A stretch of 38,263 bases of DNA from Myxococcota bacterium (GCA_023150835.1 JAKLKB010000141.1:1-38263), one strand, 5' to 3'. Positions 8,001 through 18,030 are shown, counted from the first letter of the stretch. Translations and numbers: made by a program. Notes: generated by a model from the sequence alone, not told the origin.

Positions 8001-10495
8001 GCGCGTTCTCATGGGAAGACACCAGCTCTTCTTTCCGCCAATGGTGCTATGGCTCCGATACAAATCCGTACAATTCCCCTGCCTCCTATTACGATGGCGT
8101 GTATATGGGCGGTAGCTGCTTCTACAACCAACAGGCATCCTACACACGCCGTTATGTCTGTGAATTCGATGGCGGCGGTGGGCCGCGTGGTTACAGTTGC
8201 GATCTTGCAGATGGCTTGTGCAAACCGCGCTGGGGCGGCGGTTCGTCGTCAGCGTCTTCTTGCCGCAGCCAATGGACGCGAGGGCAACACTGCGAGCGCG
8301 ACACCAAAGACAATACCTACCCCAACCGTTCGACCACTTGCGGCCTGAGCAGCCAAAAGAACGACAACGGTGCATACGAATCTTATTGCTCGGCGGAGCG
8401 CAACAATCGCTGCCTGATGATGTGTTCGTCTGCCTCAGACTGCCCGCTTGGGTATGGCTGCGATATCGAACAAAAACAGTGCATCAAAGAATGTACAGCG
8501 AACAAAGATTGCGATGGTGGCGAGACGTGCAACACCGCGACGCAGAAATGCGCAGAGTGTTTGCAAGATAGCCACTGCCCGTCGGGCCGCATCTGCAAAG
8601 CGGATCGCTGTGTTGTGGGCGAGTGCAAGGCCAATAAAGATTGCGCAGGAGGACTGACCTGTACGAATTCGCGCTGTCGGGAATGTGCGGCAGATGCGGA
8701 TTGTCCGGGCGGTCGAAAGTGCGATAGCATCGGTCGATGCGTGCGTTGCTTGGCGGATACAGACTGCGCCGCAAGCGGACAAACTTGCGACAAGGTTCAT
8801 GGGACGTGTTATCTCAACCAAGCTCGGACATCTTGTATGCCTTGCCAACAAGATTCCGATTGTTCGGCCCTTCACCTGTGTACCGAGCGCATGTTTGGCG
8901 ATATCAAAGAAAAAGTCTGCACAAAGCGTTGCCTACAAGACAGCGACTGCCCTGACTACGACACCACCAACAGATCTCCCCGAGGTTACATCTGCGACAC
9001 AAAGGCAGCGGTTCCTTATTGTGTGCCGCAGTGGTCCTCGCAAGCCTGCGGTGCGCTATGGACCGACCGAAAGCCTTGCAAAGATCCAAGTGCTTGCGGG
9101 GCAAGTAGCGGGGTTTGTTCGAGCGAAGATGCCCGTTGCAACGTGGGTTGCAGCAGCAACACGCAATGCCCGTCTGGTTATAGCTGCAAAAACGGCGCGT
9201 GTACCAAGGAATGCACAGGGGACGCGGATTGCAACGGTATGCAAAAGTGCCACACCAGCTTGAAGCTGTGCGTCAGTTGCCTTGCCAACGCAGATTGCAA
9301 AGATCCTGAAAATGCCGTGTGTGACACCCAACAAGGCCGCTGTGTGCCTTGTGTGACGGACGCCGAATGCCTCAGCAAAGATCCACTCAAGCCCGTCTGT
9401 GAGTACGACAGCAGCAAAGGCAAAAATCAGTGCCGTATCGCTCTTTGCCTCTCTGACAGTAACTGCAAAACAGGCGAAAAATGCGAAGGCGGACGATGCC
9501 GCGCTTGTAGCGCCACAAACCCATGCAAAACAGGTGTCTGCTCGCACAAAGGCCAATGCGTGCAATGCAACCAAAGCAGCGATTGCAAGACGGGAGAAGC
9601 CTGCGAATCCAACCGATGCTTCCCTGCAACCAGCCGTACCGCGTGTATGTCTTGCCAAGCCGATAGCGACTGCGCTTCGGATCACAAATGTGTGCTACGA
9701 ACGGACTACACTTCTTATGGCGGGCGGAGTGAAAAAGTCTGCCTCAAGACCTGCACCAACACAGGGGGTCTTTGCGCGGAACAAGGCTATGCCTGTCACA
9801 ACCCGTCAGGGTTCTCTCCTGCCCAATCCTACTGTGTGCCGATGTGGGGTGGCGCCTACCAATACCACCAATTCTATGATCAACCGGGTTCTTGTGCGAG
9901 CCTTTGGACGGCAGGCAACAGTTGCCAATCCAACGGTAAGCTCTCTGCAGAATGCGGTTTGGGAAGCACGTCGTCTCGTGGGTACAGTCAGGAGTCCTAC
10001 TGTTCGGCCAATGCAAGCGAAGGCTGTTTGATCTACTGCCGAGGCCGAAGCTACGGCAACACAAACCAAGAATGTCCGAACGGGATGACTTGTAGCTGCA
10101 CAAGCTCGCCTTGCCGATGCGTTGCAGGAACCACAACGCCATCGGTGGACTTGCTGTTCGACACAAAAGGATTCGCTGTGCCAACAGGAGTGGCTCAAAA
10201 CCTGACTTTCCAAGCGACGTACACCACGATGAATGCGGGCAGAAGCCCCAGCCCCAACTACGATGTGGAGATCATCCTCGCGCTCGACAAAGACCTCAAG
10301 ACGCCGATCACGACCCTGTACATACAGACACACAAAGGCTTGGGACCAAGTTTGACAGAGAAGTCCACGATCGGGCTTGTGATCAAAGAAAAGCCCGGGG
10401 CGTACTTCATCGGTTTCCGTATCGATCCAAAAGGACTCGTCACAGAAACGGATAAAGCCAACAACCTCTATGTTTTACCGATCACCGTGAAATAA
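5039..10495 (+). CDS. Giant Cys-rich repeat lipoprotein with an internal C-type lectin domain and a C-terminal CARDB/Ig-like domain
   Basis: Signal peptide with lipobox LGAC; dozens of CxxDxDC repeats; CTLD motifs (YFFC, SW..A..EC, GGYLVTLND.QE, YWVGL, YVCE) at ~7800-8170; C-terminal IDPKGLVTETDKANN. Start ATG 5039 (or 5033) with GGGAGA upstream. Confidence 0.88.
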   Translation: MKKQHRTTPRHTLFLWAKGLTTAILLTMGLGACGGPKPCTQDSECQEPSACINGTCAWVDPNKCRSDEACKKKNPATPRCDSQTGQCHGCFADLDCKDGFACVEKQCQRKKACESDKDCIDEGLKRCNTRTKQCSECAENAHCSAPTAICSAEGRCVACNNRLDCKPGEECVNSTCQPAIRCAADRDCTDTNTPYCSLQMQRCVVCDNNGHCQKGFDCVNNRCERKATCNTKDDCVETSAPHCNPTSKACVACLTKDHCSAPTAFCAPEGRCVGCNQRADCKAGEDCVNNACQATALCASDRDCTDQATPYCSLQNKRCVVCDNNGHCQKGFDCVNNRCERKATCNTSDECIDTGLSHCDIATHKCVACLANTHCAAPKAYCHTDKTCVSCASDTDCTDQAKPRCNKSEGICQACLGESDCQAGQACVGGTCQKRTDCRLDGDCVDAKLKYCELTAKLCVECLGEAACQAGYTCKSNVCVRKENCANDKDCIDQGKGLCNPKDNKCVGCISRLDCASNQACVNGACANWCSVDAHCSDPTKPACQTATGQCVACVSHQDCPAGEVCNTTTATCQAGAACGTGCPTGQVCETTSQKCVGCLASTDCPSTPSGKSKQACDTTEKQCIECAQNTDCKINQICQNKRCASGCASQQDCAPGLLCLKATGATTGVCGKCLKNTDCPTGQVCNPTSFICGSCADDTDCQGSQTARWCDPSRALCTTGCSTNQHCLNNPAGAICDLQRNVCVACLTTSDCPRGQHCEPLNNQCVACLENDAHCPSGQICNGFSCVVGCSTDTECALQGAGLLCASGRCRECDASRPCPNGKVCNSKGQCSECGQDSDCGAGKFCDLSFGRCVPQTGRTDCMSCVNNTDCAVGYQCTQRNLGFNASRTERVCLKSCTKDAQCAGYQISGNPAPTQAPSGCTLAKTADRTYFFCSNTLSWDNASAECRKHGGYLVTLNDAQEHNFVVNEGNKWLGGYYWVGLRYRSGAFSWEDTSSSFRQWCYGSDTNPYNSPASYYDGVYMGGSCFYNQQASYTRRYVCEFDGGGGPRGYSCDLADGLCKPRWGGGSSSASSCRSQWTRGQHCERDTKDNTYPNRSTTCGLSSQKNDNGAYESYCSAERNNRCLMMCSSASDCPLGYGCDIEQKQCIKECTANKDCDGGETCNTATQKCAECLQDSHCPSGRICKADRCVVGECKANKDCAGGLTCTNSRCRECAADADCPGGRKCDSIGRCVRCLADTDCAASGQTCDKVHGTCYLNQARTSCMPCQQDSDCSALHLCTERMFGDIKEKVCTKRCLQDSDCPDYDTTNRSPRGYICDTKAAVPYCVPQWSSQACGALWTDRKPCKDPSACGASSGVCSSEDARCNVGCSSNTQCPSGYSCKNGACTKECTGDADCNGMQKCHTSLKLCVSCLANADCKDPENAVCDTQQGRCVPCVTDAECLSKDPLKPVCEYDSSKGKNQCRIALCLSDSNCKTGEKCEGGRCRACSATNPCKTGVCSHKGQCVQCNQSSDCKTGEACESNRCFPATSRTACMSCQADSDCASDHKCVLRTDYTSYGGRSEKVCLKTCTNTGGLCAEQGYACHNPSGFSPAQSYCVPMWGGAYQYHQFYDQPGSCASLWTAGNSCQSNGKLSAECGLGSTSSRGYSQESYCSANASEGCLIYCRGRSYGNTNQECPNGMTCSCTSSPCRCVAGTTTPSVDLLFDTKGFAVPTGVAQNLTFQATYTTMNAGRSPSPNYDVEIILALDKDLKTPITTLYIQTHKGLGPSLTEKSTIGLVIKEKPGAYFIGFRIDPKGLVTETDKANNLYVLPITVK

Positions 10496-10619
10496 TCCTC
10501 CCCTGCGCGACGCCGAGATCGCTCTCTTCCCGCGATCGAGTCCTCATCCCCGCCACCCGCCCAGTTTGCAGACCTCCCACAACACAGCCTATCGCTCCAA
10601 CGCTCCAAAACGGTTTGTT

Positions 10620-10745
10620 GCCAACGACGTGTTCACCGCCGTTGCGAGCGGCAAAGTTGTTTGTTTGAAAACGTCTGCTTGTCCCGCCAATACGGGGTCA
10701 AGGGGCCTTTGGTCCCTTGTGGGGCGTGGGGCAAAGCCCCGCAAA
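10620..10745 (-). repeat. Dispersed hairpin-rich repeat, copy B
   Basis: TACGGGGTCAAGGGG...CCCTTGTGGGGCGTGGGGCAAAGCCCC, reverse orientation relative to copy A. Confidence 0.8.
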
Positions 10746-10822
10746 CAAACAAGCAAAGCCCCGCAAATAAACAAACAAGCAAAGCCCCACAAACAAACAA
10801 GCAAAGCCCCACAAACAAAAAA
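10731..10822. repeat. 22-26 bp tandem repeat, 4 copies
   Basis: GCAAAGCCCC(G/A)CAAA(C/T)AAAC units at 10731, 10753, 10779 and 10801; the unit begins inside the terminal hairpin of copy B. Confidence 0.9.
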
Positions 10823-10853
10823 AGCGATCAGTGATCGCGCTGTTATCGGGGAT

Positions 10854-12617
10854 TTATTTCTTGCCTTGGGTGAGAAGCCGCTTGAGCAGCGCCTCACCGT
10901 GACCTTTGCCAAGCACGCCTTTGAGACTGGTTTCGTAATGAAAGCCGGGATGATGGTGGCCTTGGTGGCATTGTGTACACACCGAAGCGGGGGCTTTGCG
11001 TTGGATGTTGTTTTTCTTGGAGGCAGCGGTTCGCACGTGCAAGCCGCCGTAGCTATGGCAGCTTTCGCATTGGACGTGGGCGAGGTGCTTGGGTTGACGG
11101 AGATCGAACAATCCCCCGGGCTTTTGCCAGCCGACGGTGTGGCAACCGATGCAGTCCATATCGAACTGCTTTTGCTTTTTTTCGAGTGTGTGATAGGCCC
11201 CTGCGTGGCGTGTGGTCTTCCAAAATTCGTAAGCAGGGGCGTGACAAGCGCGGCAAGTCTCGGCTCCGACAAAGAGATCGCCGTCTTTGGTAAAGGGGAT
11301 CGGCTTGACATGGGCCATCGCTTCAAAGTTGGCTTTTTTCACAGCGGCTTCGTAGGCTTTGATCCGCTCCAAGGTTCGGGGGAGATCGGTGATGCGTTCG
11401 GAAAGAGCGTAGAGTTGGTGAAGATAAGGGCGTCCCTTGGTGGGCAGTTTGGGGGGATCTTGCATGGCTTTTTCGAGGGCTTTGATCTGTGGCTTGGTGG
11501 CTTCGGCTTGTTGGGTATAGACGGCGGCGATCGGGGCAAAGTCGGGGCCTTGGCGGTTCATCTGCTCAGCTTGACGGAGATAACCTTGGATCTGCTGTTG
11601 AAGGTTGGCGATCTCTTGTTTGCGTCCTTCGGGGGTTTGCAACGTGATCCAAGGGCCATCGCGTTTGAGCGGATCGTAGATCGCCAAAGCACCGGCCTTT
11701 TGACCATCTTTTTCGGTCAACATCAACAGGGCGTTGCCACCGCGCAAAGCGAGTGGAGATGCGATGCCTTCGCCTTCTTCGCCATCGATCACGAGATCGA
11801 TATCTTGTGCTGCTTCGGCGATGGCTTCGGCCTTTGCGCGCCCCAACGTCGACAACAAGATCACCCATCGCGCCCCCTCGCGGCGTAAAAAGGCGGCTTG
11901 TTGCTGGACAGCCGACAGCGGTTCGATCAGGCGCAGACCATGACGCGCCCAATAGTCTTTGGGCCAAACCACCGCATGATCGGGCTTTGAGATCGGTTCG
12001 CCTGTCAGCGCCACGATCCCCACCTTGACGCCTTCGACCTCCAACAACAACCGAGGCAAAAACGCCGCCTGACCGCCTTGTACACGAACCAGATTCGAGG
12101 CCACCGCCTGCATCCCTGATCGCGCCAGCAAACCATCCAACGCGGCCCGCCCCAGCGCCAGATCATACGGCCCAATCCCGATCGCCTTCGTACCGATATC
12201 GCGCAGGGTATCGGCCAAAAGCCCCGCCTTGAGGCGAGCTTGCGTCTGCTTGGCCGCCTCGATCTCCAATCCCTCAAAGAACAAACTCCCTGCGTCCAGA
12301 CCCAAAGCGCCGATACCTCGGGCTTTTAGACCCACCATCAATCCGCCCAGACGGGCGACTCCGCCCAACATCCCTGCCTGACAACCACACGGCTCAATGT
12401 AGCCCTTGATCCCGCCTGTGTACGTCAATCCAAACGCTTTCGCTCCTTCCACGACACTTGGTGGGATCGTCACTTCCTTTGGTAAGACGCCGACCGCACT
12501 TGTGGGGCGAGAAGAAGCTTTCCCCCCCAACGATGGCTCCGCAGCCATCAACAACCCACTCAGCCCACACGCCACCCATCCCCAGATCAACGGCTTACGC
12601 CATCCTCTCCGTTCCAT
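10854..12617 (-). CDS. Exported multiheme cytochrome c (4 CxxCH, c554-like) fused to an N-terminal 5'-nucleotidase/metallophosphoesterase-like domain
   Basis: Signal peptide; GYIEPCGC..GMLGGVAR and LDAG motifs; coiled-coil insert; CRACH, CIGCH, CESCH, CTQCH. Start ATG 12617 with GGAGG. Confidence 0.85.
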   Translation of the reverse strand: MERRGWRKPLIWGWVACGLSGLLMAAEPSLGGKASSRPTSAVGVLPKEVTIPPSVVEGAKAFGLTYTGGIKGYIEPCGCQAGMLGGVARLGGLMVGLKARGIGALGLDAGSLFFEGLEIEAAKQTQARLKAGLLADTLRDIGTKAIGIGPYDLALGRAALDGLLARSGMQAVASNLVRVQGGQAAFLPRLLLEVEGVKVGIVALTGEPISKPDHAVVWPKDYWARHGLRLIEPLSAVQQQAAFLRREGARWVILLSTLGRAKAEAIAEAAQDIDLVIDGEEGEGIASPLALRGGNALLMLTEKDGQKAGALAIYDPLKRDGPWITLQTPEGRKQEIANLQQQIQGYLRQAEQMNRQGPDFAPIAAVYTQQAEATKPQIKALEKAMQDPPKLPTKGRPYLHQLYALSERITDLPRTLERIKAYEAAVKKANFEAMAHVKPIPFTKDGDLFVGAETCRACHAPAYEFWKTTRHAGAYHTLEKKQKQFDMDCIGCHTVGWQKPGGLFDLRQPKHLAHVQCESCHSYGGLHVRTAASKKNNIQRKAPASVCTQCHQGHHHPGFHYETSLKGVLGKGHGEALLKRLLTQGKK

Positions 12618-12789
12618 CGCATCCTCCGTATATGAAGACAACACCCTCGCGATCCTGCTCAAACAAAACCTGCCTGCTCAAGGGCTGTTCGATCAAAACC
12701 ATCCCAAACAGCCGAGCTATTCCTTTTTGGCCGAAAAGCTGGGCAGAAAACAAAAAAGCTTTGATCAAAAACCGAGGCAGAAGACAAAG

Positions 12790-12939
12790 CGGACATGCTC
12801 ACACAACAACAGAAGTTTGCGTAGGGGCAGTTCGCGAACCGCCCGTGTATCGGGACATAGAGCATCGGACGGACACGCTCACACAACAACAGAAGTTTGC
12901 GTAGGGGCAGTTCGCGAACCGCCCGTGTATCGGGACATA
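12790..12939 (+). repeat. 80-bp tandem duplication containing GTAG-type REP palindromes
   Basis: GTAGGGGCAGTTCGCGAACCGCCC at 12821 and 12901 within two near-identical units. Confidence 0.85.
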
Positions 12940-12989
12940 CGTACAAACGTGTTGTCTTTCCGACAGCACAGACGAAGTGTCCGAGTGTT

Positions 12990-13050
12990 CGGGGTGGGGG
13001 GGCCAACCATCGCTTAACAAGGCGCGTATGGGGCAAAGCCCCACAAAACC
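12990..13050 (+). repeat. Isolated hybrid end of the nested 250-bp cassette plus terminal hairpin
   Basis: GGGGTGGGGGGGCCAAC...CGCTTAAC joined to AAGGCGCGTATGGGGCAAAGCCCCAC. Confidence 0.7.
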
Positions 13051-13108
13051 CCAACCAACAAACCAAACCTAAAGAAAGCATTGAGGAAGCAAAGAAAGAG
13101 GGAGAGGA

Positions 13109-16100
13109 TCAGGGTTGGACGGGGGGTTTGACGCAGGCTTGGAAGCTTTTGCTGTTGACGGTGAGAGAACCGCAGCGGGTACGGCCTGTGGTGGGGCAAT
13201 CGCTGTCTTGTTTGCAAGGGGTCGTGCAGGTTCCGCTTGCGGGATCGCAAAGACCTGTCTGACAATCCCCGGGAAAAGGCTTTATCGCATCACATGTCCC
13301 ACCGACGGGGAGAAGTTGCGGATCTGCTGAGATACAGGCCAAGAGGCTGCTTCCGCTGCGATCTTTGACACCGCAGAGCGTCCCGCGACAATCGGACGGG
13401 AGCGAACAGGTACCCGTTGCGGGCATACACACTTGCCCTTCTCGGTAATTGTTTAGTGTCGCTTGGACGTAGGCCACTTCGCAGATCTTGCCGCTGCCGC
13501 AGTCAGAATCTGCGCTGCAAGGCTTGACGCAAGTACTGGTCGAGATGGAGCAAAAGTGCGAGGCACATTCTTTGGTGAATTGGTTGGGGTTGCAAGAAGC
13601 GCCCTCTGCTTTATCGGAAGGTGCAGCGATCGCGCATCGCGTTTGGATGTTGCCGTTGGCACGTCGGAAGAACTGGCAGATCTGAGAGCCACGACAATCA
13701 GCGTCTTTGGCGCACGCGACATCGCAAGCTTGGGTGGTGTATCCCGCAAGGGGCGTGATCTGGCGACAAGAACCGACCACACAGTCCGCATCCACCGAAC
13801 AAGGCGGAGCGCAAGTATTTGTGGTGGGGAAACAAAGGTGACTTGCGCAAGATCCCGGGAAGTTGGCGGGATTGCATTCTGCACCGCTCCCGTCACCTGC
13901 CCCGGATTGGCAGGTCAACAACAGCGACGTGGCTTGTTGGTTGGCTTGGCAGATGTTGGGTAGTGCGCAATCGGTTGCACGTTGACAAACCGCTCCGACG
14001 GGTGGAACGCATCCCTTGGTGGTCTTTCCTTCGACGCTCACAGCGCTGCAAACCAGACCTGTCGGGCATTGGCTGTCTTTTTCGCACGTCGCCAAACAGA
14101 TCAAGCTACCCGCCCCGCAGAAACGGTTTTTACACTCGCCTTGTAGCCCCTTTGCAGGATCACAAGGATCGCCTACACCGACTTTTAGTGCGTTATCTTC
14201 GATACAGCTACGGATCAGCGCTGTGCCTGTGAGGTTCAAATCCAGCGCACAGATCGGCTGGGAATTGGGGCAAGTCGCAGAACGTTCGCAGAGGGCTTTG
14301 TCGGGCAAACAAGCCCGTACCAACGAGCCATTTGCAAGTTCTGATCTACCGCAGCGTCGGCCTGTTCCGCAATCTGGATCGCTGGTGCAGGTATTTTCAC
14401 AGACACGACGAAGTGGCTCACAGATCCGCGTCTTGCACTCGCCGGGATAACCGCTCGCAGGGTTGCACGTTTGTCCGACGTCTTTTTGAGTAGGAGAGGG
14501 CCGCAAGCACAAATAACTGATCTGTGTGCCGTTGACGTCGACTGCACAGGTGGTTCCTGAGATACAATCGGCTTGCTTGGTGCAAGTGGCAGGTCTTGGA
14601 AGGCAAGCGTTGATCGACTTTCCAGCCAAGAACAACGTTTCTGCGCAGATCTCGTTGGTGGCCGCGCAATCACCCAATCCGGGTTTGCAAACTTTGACGC
14701 ACTTTTGGGTCACGCCATCACAAACGTTGCTTTGGCAATCTGTCCCCAACGTGCAAGCCGCACCAACGGCCTTTTTGGAACCGGGGTTTTGACAGGTGGT
14801 CTCGACTTGGTTTTGCCCATTGAGCGCAGCTTGACACACCGTTCCACTCAAGCAATCCAAATCCCCGTCACAGAGGGTTCGCGCCCCTGCCACACAACCT
14901 TTGATCGTGACAACGCCGAGGTTGATCGTTTGACAAACTTCGGTATTTGCGCAATCGCGGTTTGCAGTACAAGGCGAGACACACTTGCGCAACGTCGGGT
15001 GGCACAAGTTGTTGGTGCAATCGAGGTTGGGAAGGCGAGGTGTACAGGCCTGTCCCAAAGTGTTGGTGGTCACACGACGGCAAACGGTGCGTGCGTTGTT
15101 GTTGGCGTCGATCTCCAGATAACAGGTTTCGCCAGCGACACAGTTCTTTTCGCCGTTACATCGGAGCGTTTTGCACAACGGAAGCGAAAAGCCCGAGACG
15201 GTGGCAAGAGAGCAGCCGTATTCTGTGGAAGCCGAAGGACAATCATTGTCTCCGTTGCGTAGCTCGCAAAACTGCGTACAGATCTTGAGATCAGGATGGC
15301 AAACGCCTGTCTCGCACTGATTGTTTTGCGTGCATACAGCACCTGTCCCAAGCGTCCCGACAATCGGCTTGCAAGAACGAATCGGGCGGCTGTCCACAAA
15401 AGACAGGACACAACGCTCGCCGCTGGTGGTGCAATCGCGATCTCGCAAGCAACCGCTCGGAACAGGAAGGCACAAGTTCAATCCCGACGGGCCTGTACCA
15501 CTGCCTTCACAAGCGTACTGCAACGGGCACGAGGTGCTTTGCCCGCCCTGACAAGGCGGCACACACAGTTTGGCGACGGGATGGCACAACCCGCTTTGGC
15601 AGTTGCTATCTTGCGCACACACCGATCCCAAGAGGCTTTTTGCACTATCGGGGATCGCGCACCCAAGAAAACCGCCCGCCCCCACCTTGCGATACACACA
15701 AAACTCTCCGTTGGTTTCTTTGCACTCAAAGTTCCCTTTGCAGCGCTCGAAAGAACAAACCTTCGTGCTTTTGGTCGCTCCAGCGGTGGTTTTGAGGTCA
15801 CGAGAGAGACAACGCAACGAAAGCCCACTGCCCGGGGGAACACAATCACCATCCGCCACGCAAGGAAGCGTGCAAACACCGTCTTCTTTCAAGCACGTAC
15901 CCGAGGCACAATCCGCATCTTGCGCACAATCTGCACCGAGCACTTTGGTTCCTGCGTTGGGAACACGGCACCGTGTTTCCAAGTTCCCGCTGATCTCGAT
16001 GATCTGGCACAAGTCCTTAGAACCCGGGCAGTCCGATGTTTTCTGACAAGAAAACCCATTCGTCGGTGGAGTGCAGATCTGCGCCGAAAGGTTGGCGGTT

Positions 16101-17748
16101 TGGGGACGGCTTAGGGTTTGGTTTTGGCAGGCGTAACCGCCCGTTGTTGGGCAATCTGCGCTTGCACGACAAAGTTGTGCGCAACGCTCTTGGAAACACA
16201 AACGCTCTGCGCAGTCGTCGTCTTTTTCGCAGTTATCGCCGACGGCTTTTCCATCTTGTTTTGGCGGAACGCACAAAAACACAAAGCTCTTTGTGTCGTC
16301 GATAGAAGGCGCACAGATCAGAGTTCCGGTCCCTGAACCGCAATCGCTTTTTGTTTTTGTGCGATCACAAAGTTGCGGCAAGCAAACGCGCAACGTCCCC
16401 GAAGACTGGCCGATGACGAACGGAACCACACCGCATCGAGACAACCTTGCATTACCGCAATCCGCGTCGACCTTGCAGGCTTTTGAACAAAGTTGTGTGG
16501 TCGGCAAGCACAGGTTGGACTGGCATACATTGTTGGCTGCACAAGGTTGTTCGGTAGCAGCAAGCGCGGTGTTGCGCTTGGCGCAGAGCGTGATGGCTTG
16601 ATTGTTGGCCTCTTTTCCAGCGCAAAGGAAATTGTCTCGGCGACAATCCGTGTCGTTGCCGCATGATTGGCCTGTGGTGGGGATCACACACAAACCAAAC
16701 GTGCGCGTCGTATCAGGCGGCTGCTGCTGCTTTTTGCACACAAAACCAAGCGCACAATCCCCATCTACGCGACATAACGCTGAGCAATAATCGTCTGCGT
16801 TGGTGTCAAGAACACACGCTCCTGAGCGACAATCACCGTTGCTTTTGCATGAAAAGCCGATCTCTTTTTTGTTGGCCTCGGGTTTGGCACAGATCGTCTT
16901 AAAAGTCCGATCTGGGGTTGTTTTGAACGTAAGCTGACAGGTTTGATCGGACAAACAATCTTTGTTGTTTTGGCATTCGTTTTCATCAAGCGCACAGATC
17001 TTCCATTTTCCGCTCGTGCCAAAGTCCGCTTCTTCGCATTTGCGACTGACGCAATCCTCGTTGCTTTCGCAGATCTCGCTGCACTTCTTTTCGGTGGGAT
17101 GACAGATCGTTGTGCGGCACTGTCCCACTCCCGTGGCAGCAGGATCACACGTCTTGCCGTACAAAGCACCTGTTGCGTTGATCTTATCGCACACGAGGGT
17201 AGCGGTGGTTGCTTGACGGTTGGGCATACAGCTTTGATCGCTGAGCGCGCTACAATCCGCTTCTTTTTTGCATGGCGTTGTTTGAGGTTCGGGCTGAGGT
17301 TCGGGTGTGGGTTCGGGTTCGGGGGTGGGTTCGGGTTCGGGGGTGGGTTCGGGTTCGGGGGTGGGTTCGGNNNNNNNNNNNNNNNNNNNNNNNNNNNNNN
17401 NNNNNNNNNNNNNNNNNNGGGTTCGGGTTCGGGTCCCGCTTCGATCGCTGGCTCGAAAAAAGCCTCTGGAAACTCGTATCCACCCGGCAACAAGACGCAA
17501 GTGCTGCGAAGACAACGCGCTCCAGCTCCAGCCGACGCACAATCGCTGTCTTTGCTACAAGTCACTTTTGCACTTGTATTCTCGATACACTTTCCTGCCT
17601 TCACATCGCAGATCTTTGTCCCTGTACAGTCCACGTCACTCGCACACTCGGGTGCCGCGCATTGGATCAAAAAGCCCGCCATCAACAAGGTGCCGCACAA
17701 AACAGCCCCCCACCGAAACCATCTCGCCGCGATACTCAACGATGTCAT
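13109..17748 (-). CDS. Large Cys-rich repeat (lipo)protein with a Pro-Glu linker, spanning an assembly gap
   Basis: The N-terminus (signal peptide, FLIQC lipobox-like) is in ORF 16765..17748 and the body is in ORF 13109..17542. The frames join across the N-gap inside the (PEPEPT)n repeat. 14 repeats of ~98 aa with ~12 Cys each. Confidence 0.85.
17285..17435. repeat. 18-bp coding repeat (PEPEPT) containing a 48-N gap at 17371-17418
   Basis: GGGTTCGGGTTCGGGGGT units left of the Ns and GGGTTC units right of them. Confidence 0.9.
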
Positions 17749-18030
17749 GCCGAAAACCTCACTACAAAAAAAACATCAGCCCTATCTCGACCAAGGGACC
17801 GCACACGGCCCCATACCAGACACGATTTTCCGTACCCTGACGCAACCAACCCACCCAAAGCAAGAGGCCGCTGCGTTATGTTTGCTTCGCGATGTATACT
17901 CGCCCCCTTTTCGCCGCGCCTTGTGCGCCCTCCAAAGAAACACAGACACGCCAATCTACCGAACTGTCCCCATAAATCATAGAGGCGTTTTTGGGTTTTT
18001 GCGAAAACTTCACCGCACCCAAAAAAGCGT

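Noticed and set aside
7800-8170. Diversity-generating retroelement target (C-type lectin fold)
   Set aside because: No reverse transcriptase and no template repeat differing at adenines were seen in the window.
12381-12392. Selenocysteine in the PCGC motif
   Set aside because: Both Cys codons are TGT; there is no in-frame TGA.
17371-17418. Frameshift or pseudogene in the second Cys-rich gene
   Set aside because: The frame change falls within an N-gap of estimated length inside a tandem repeat.
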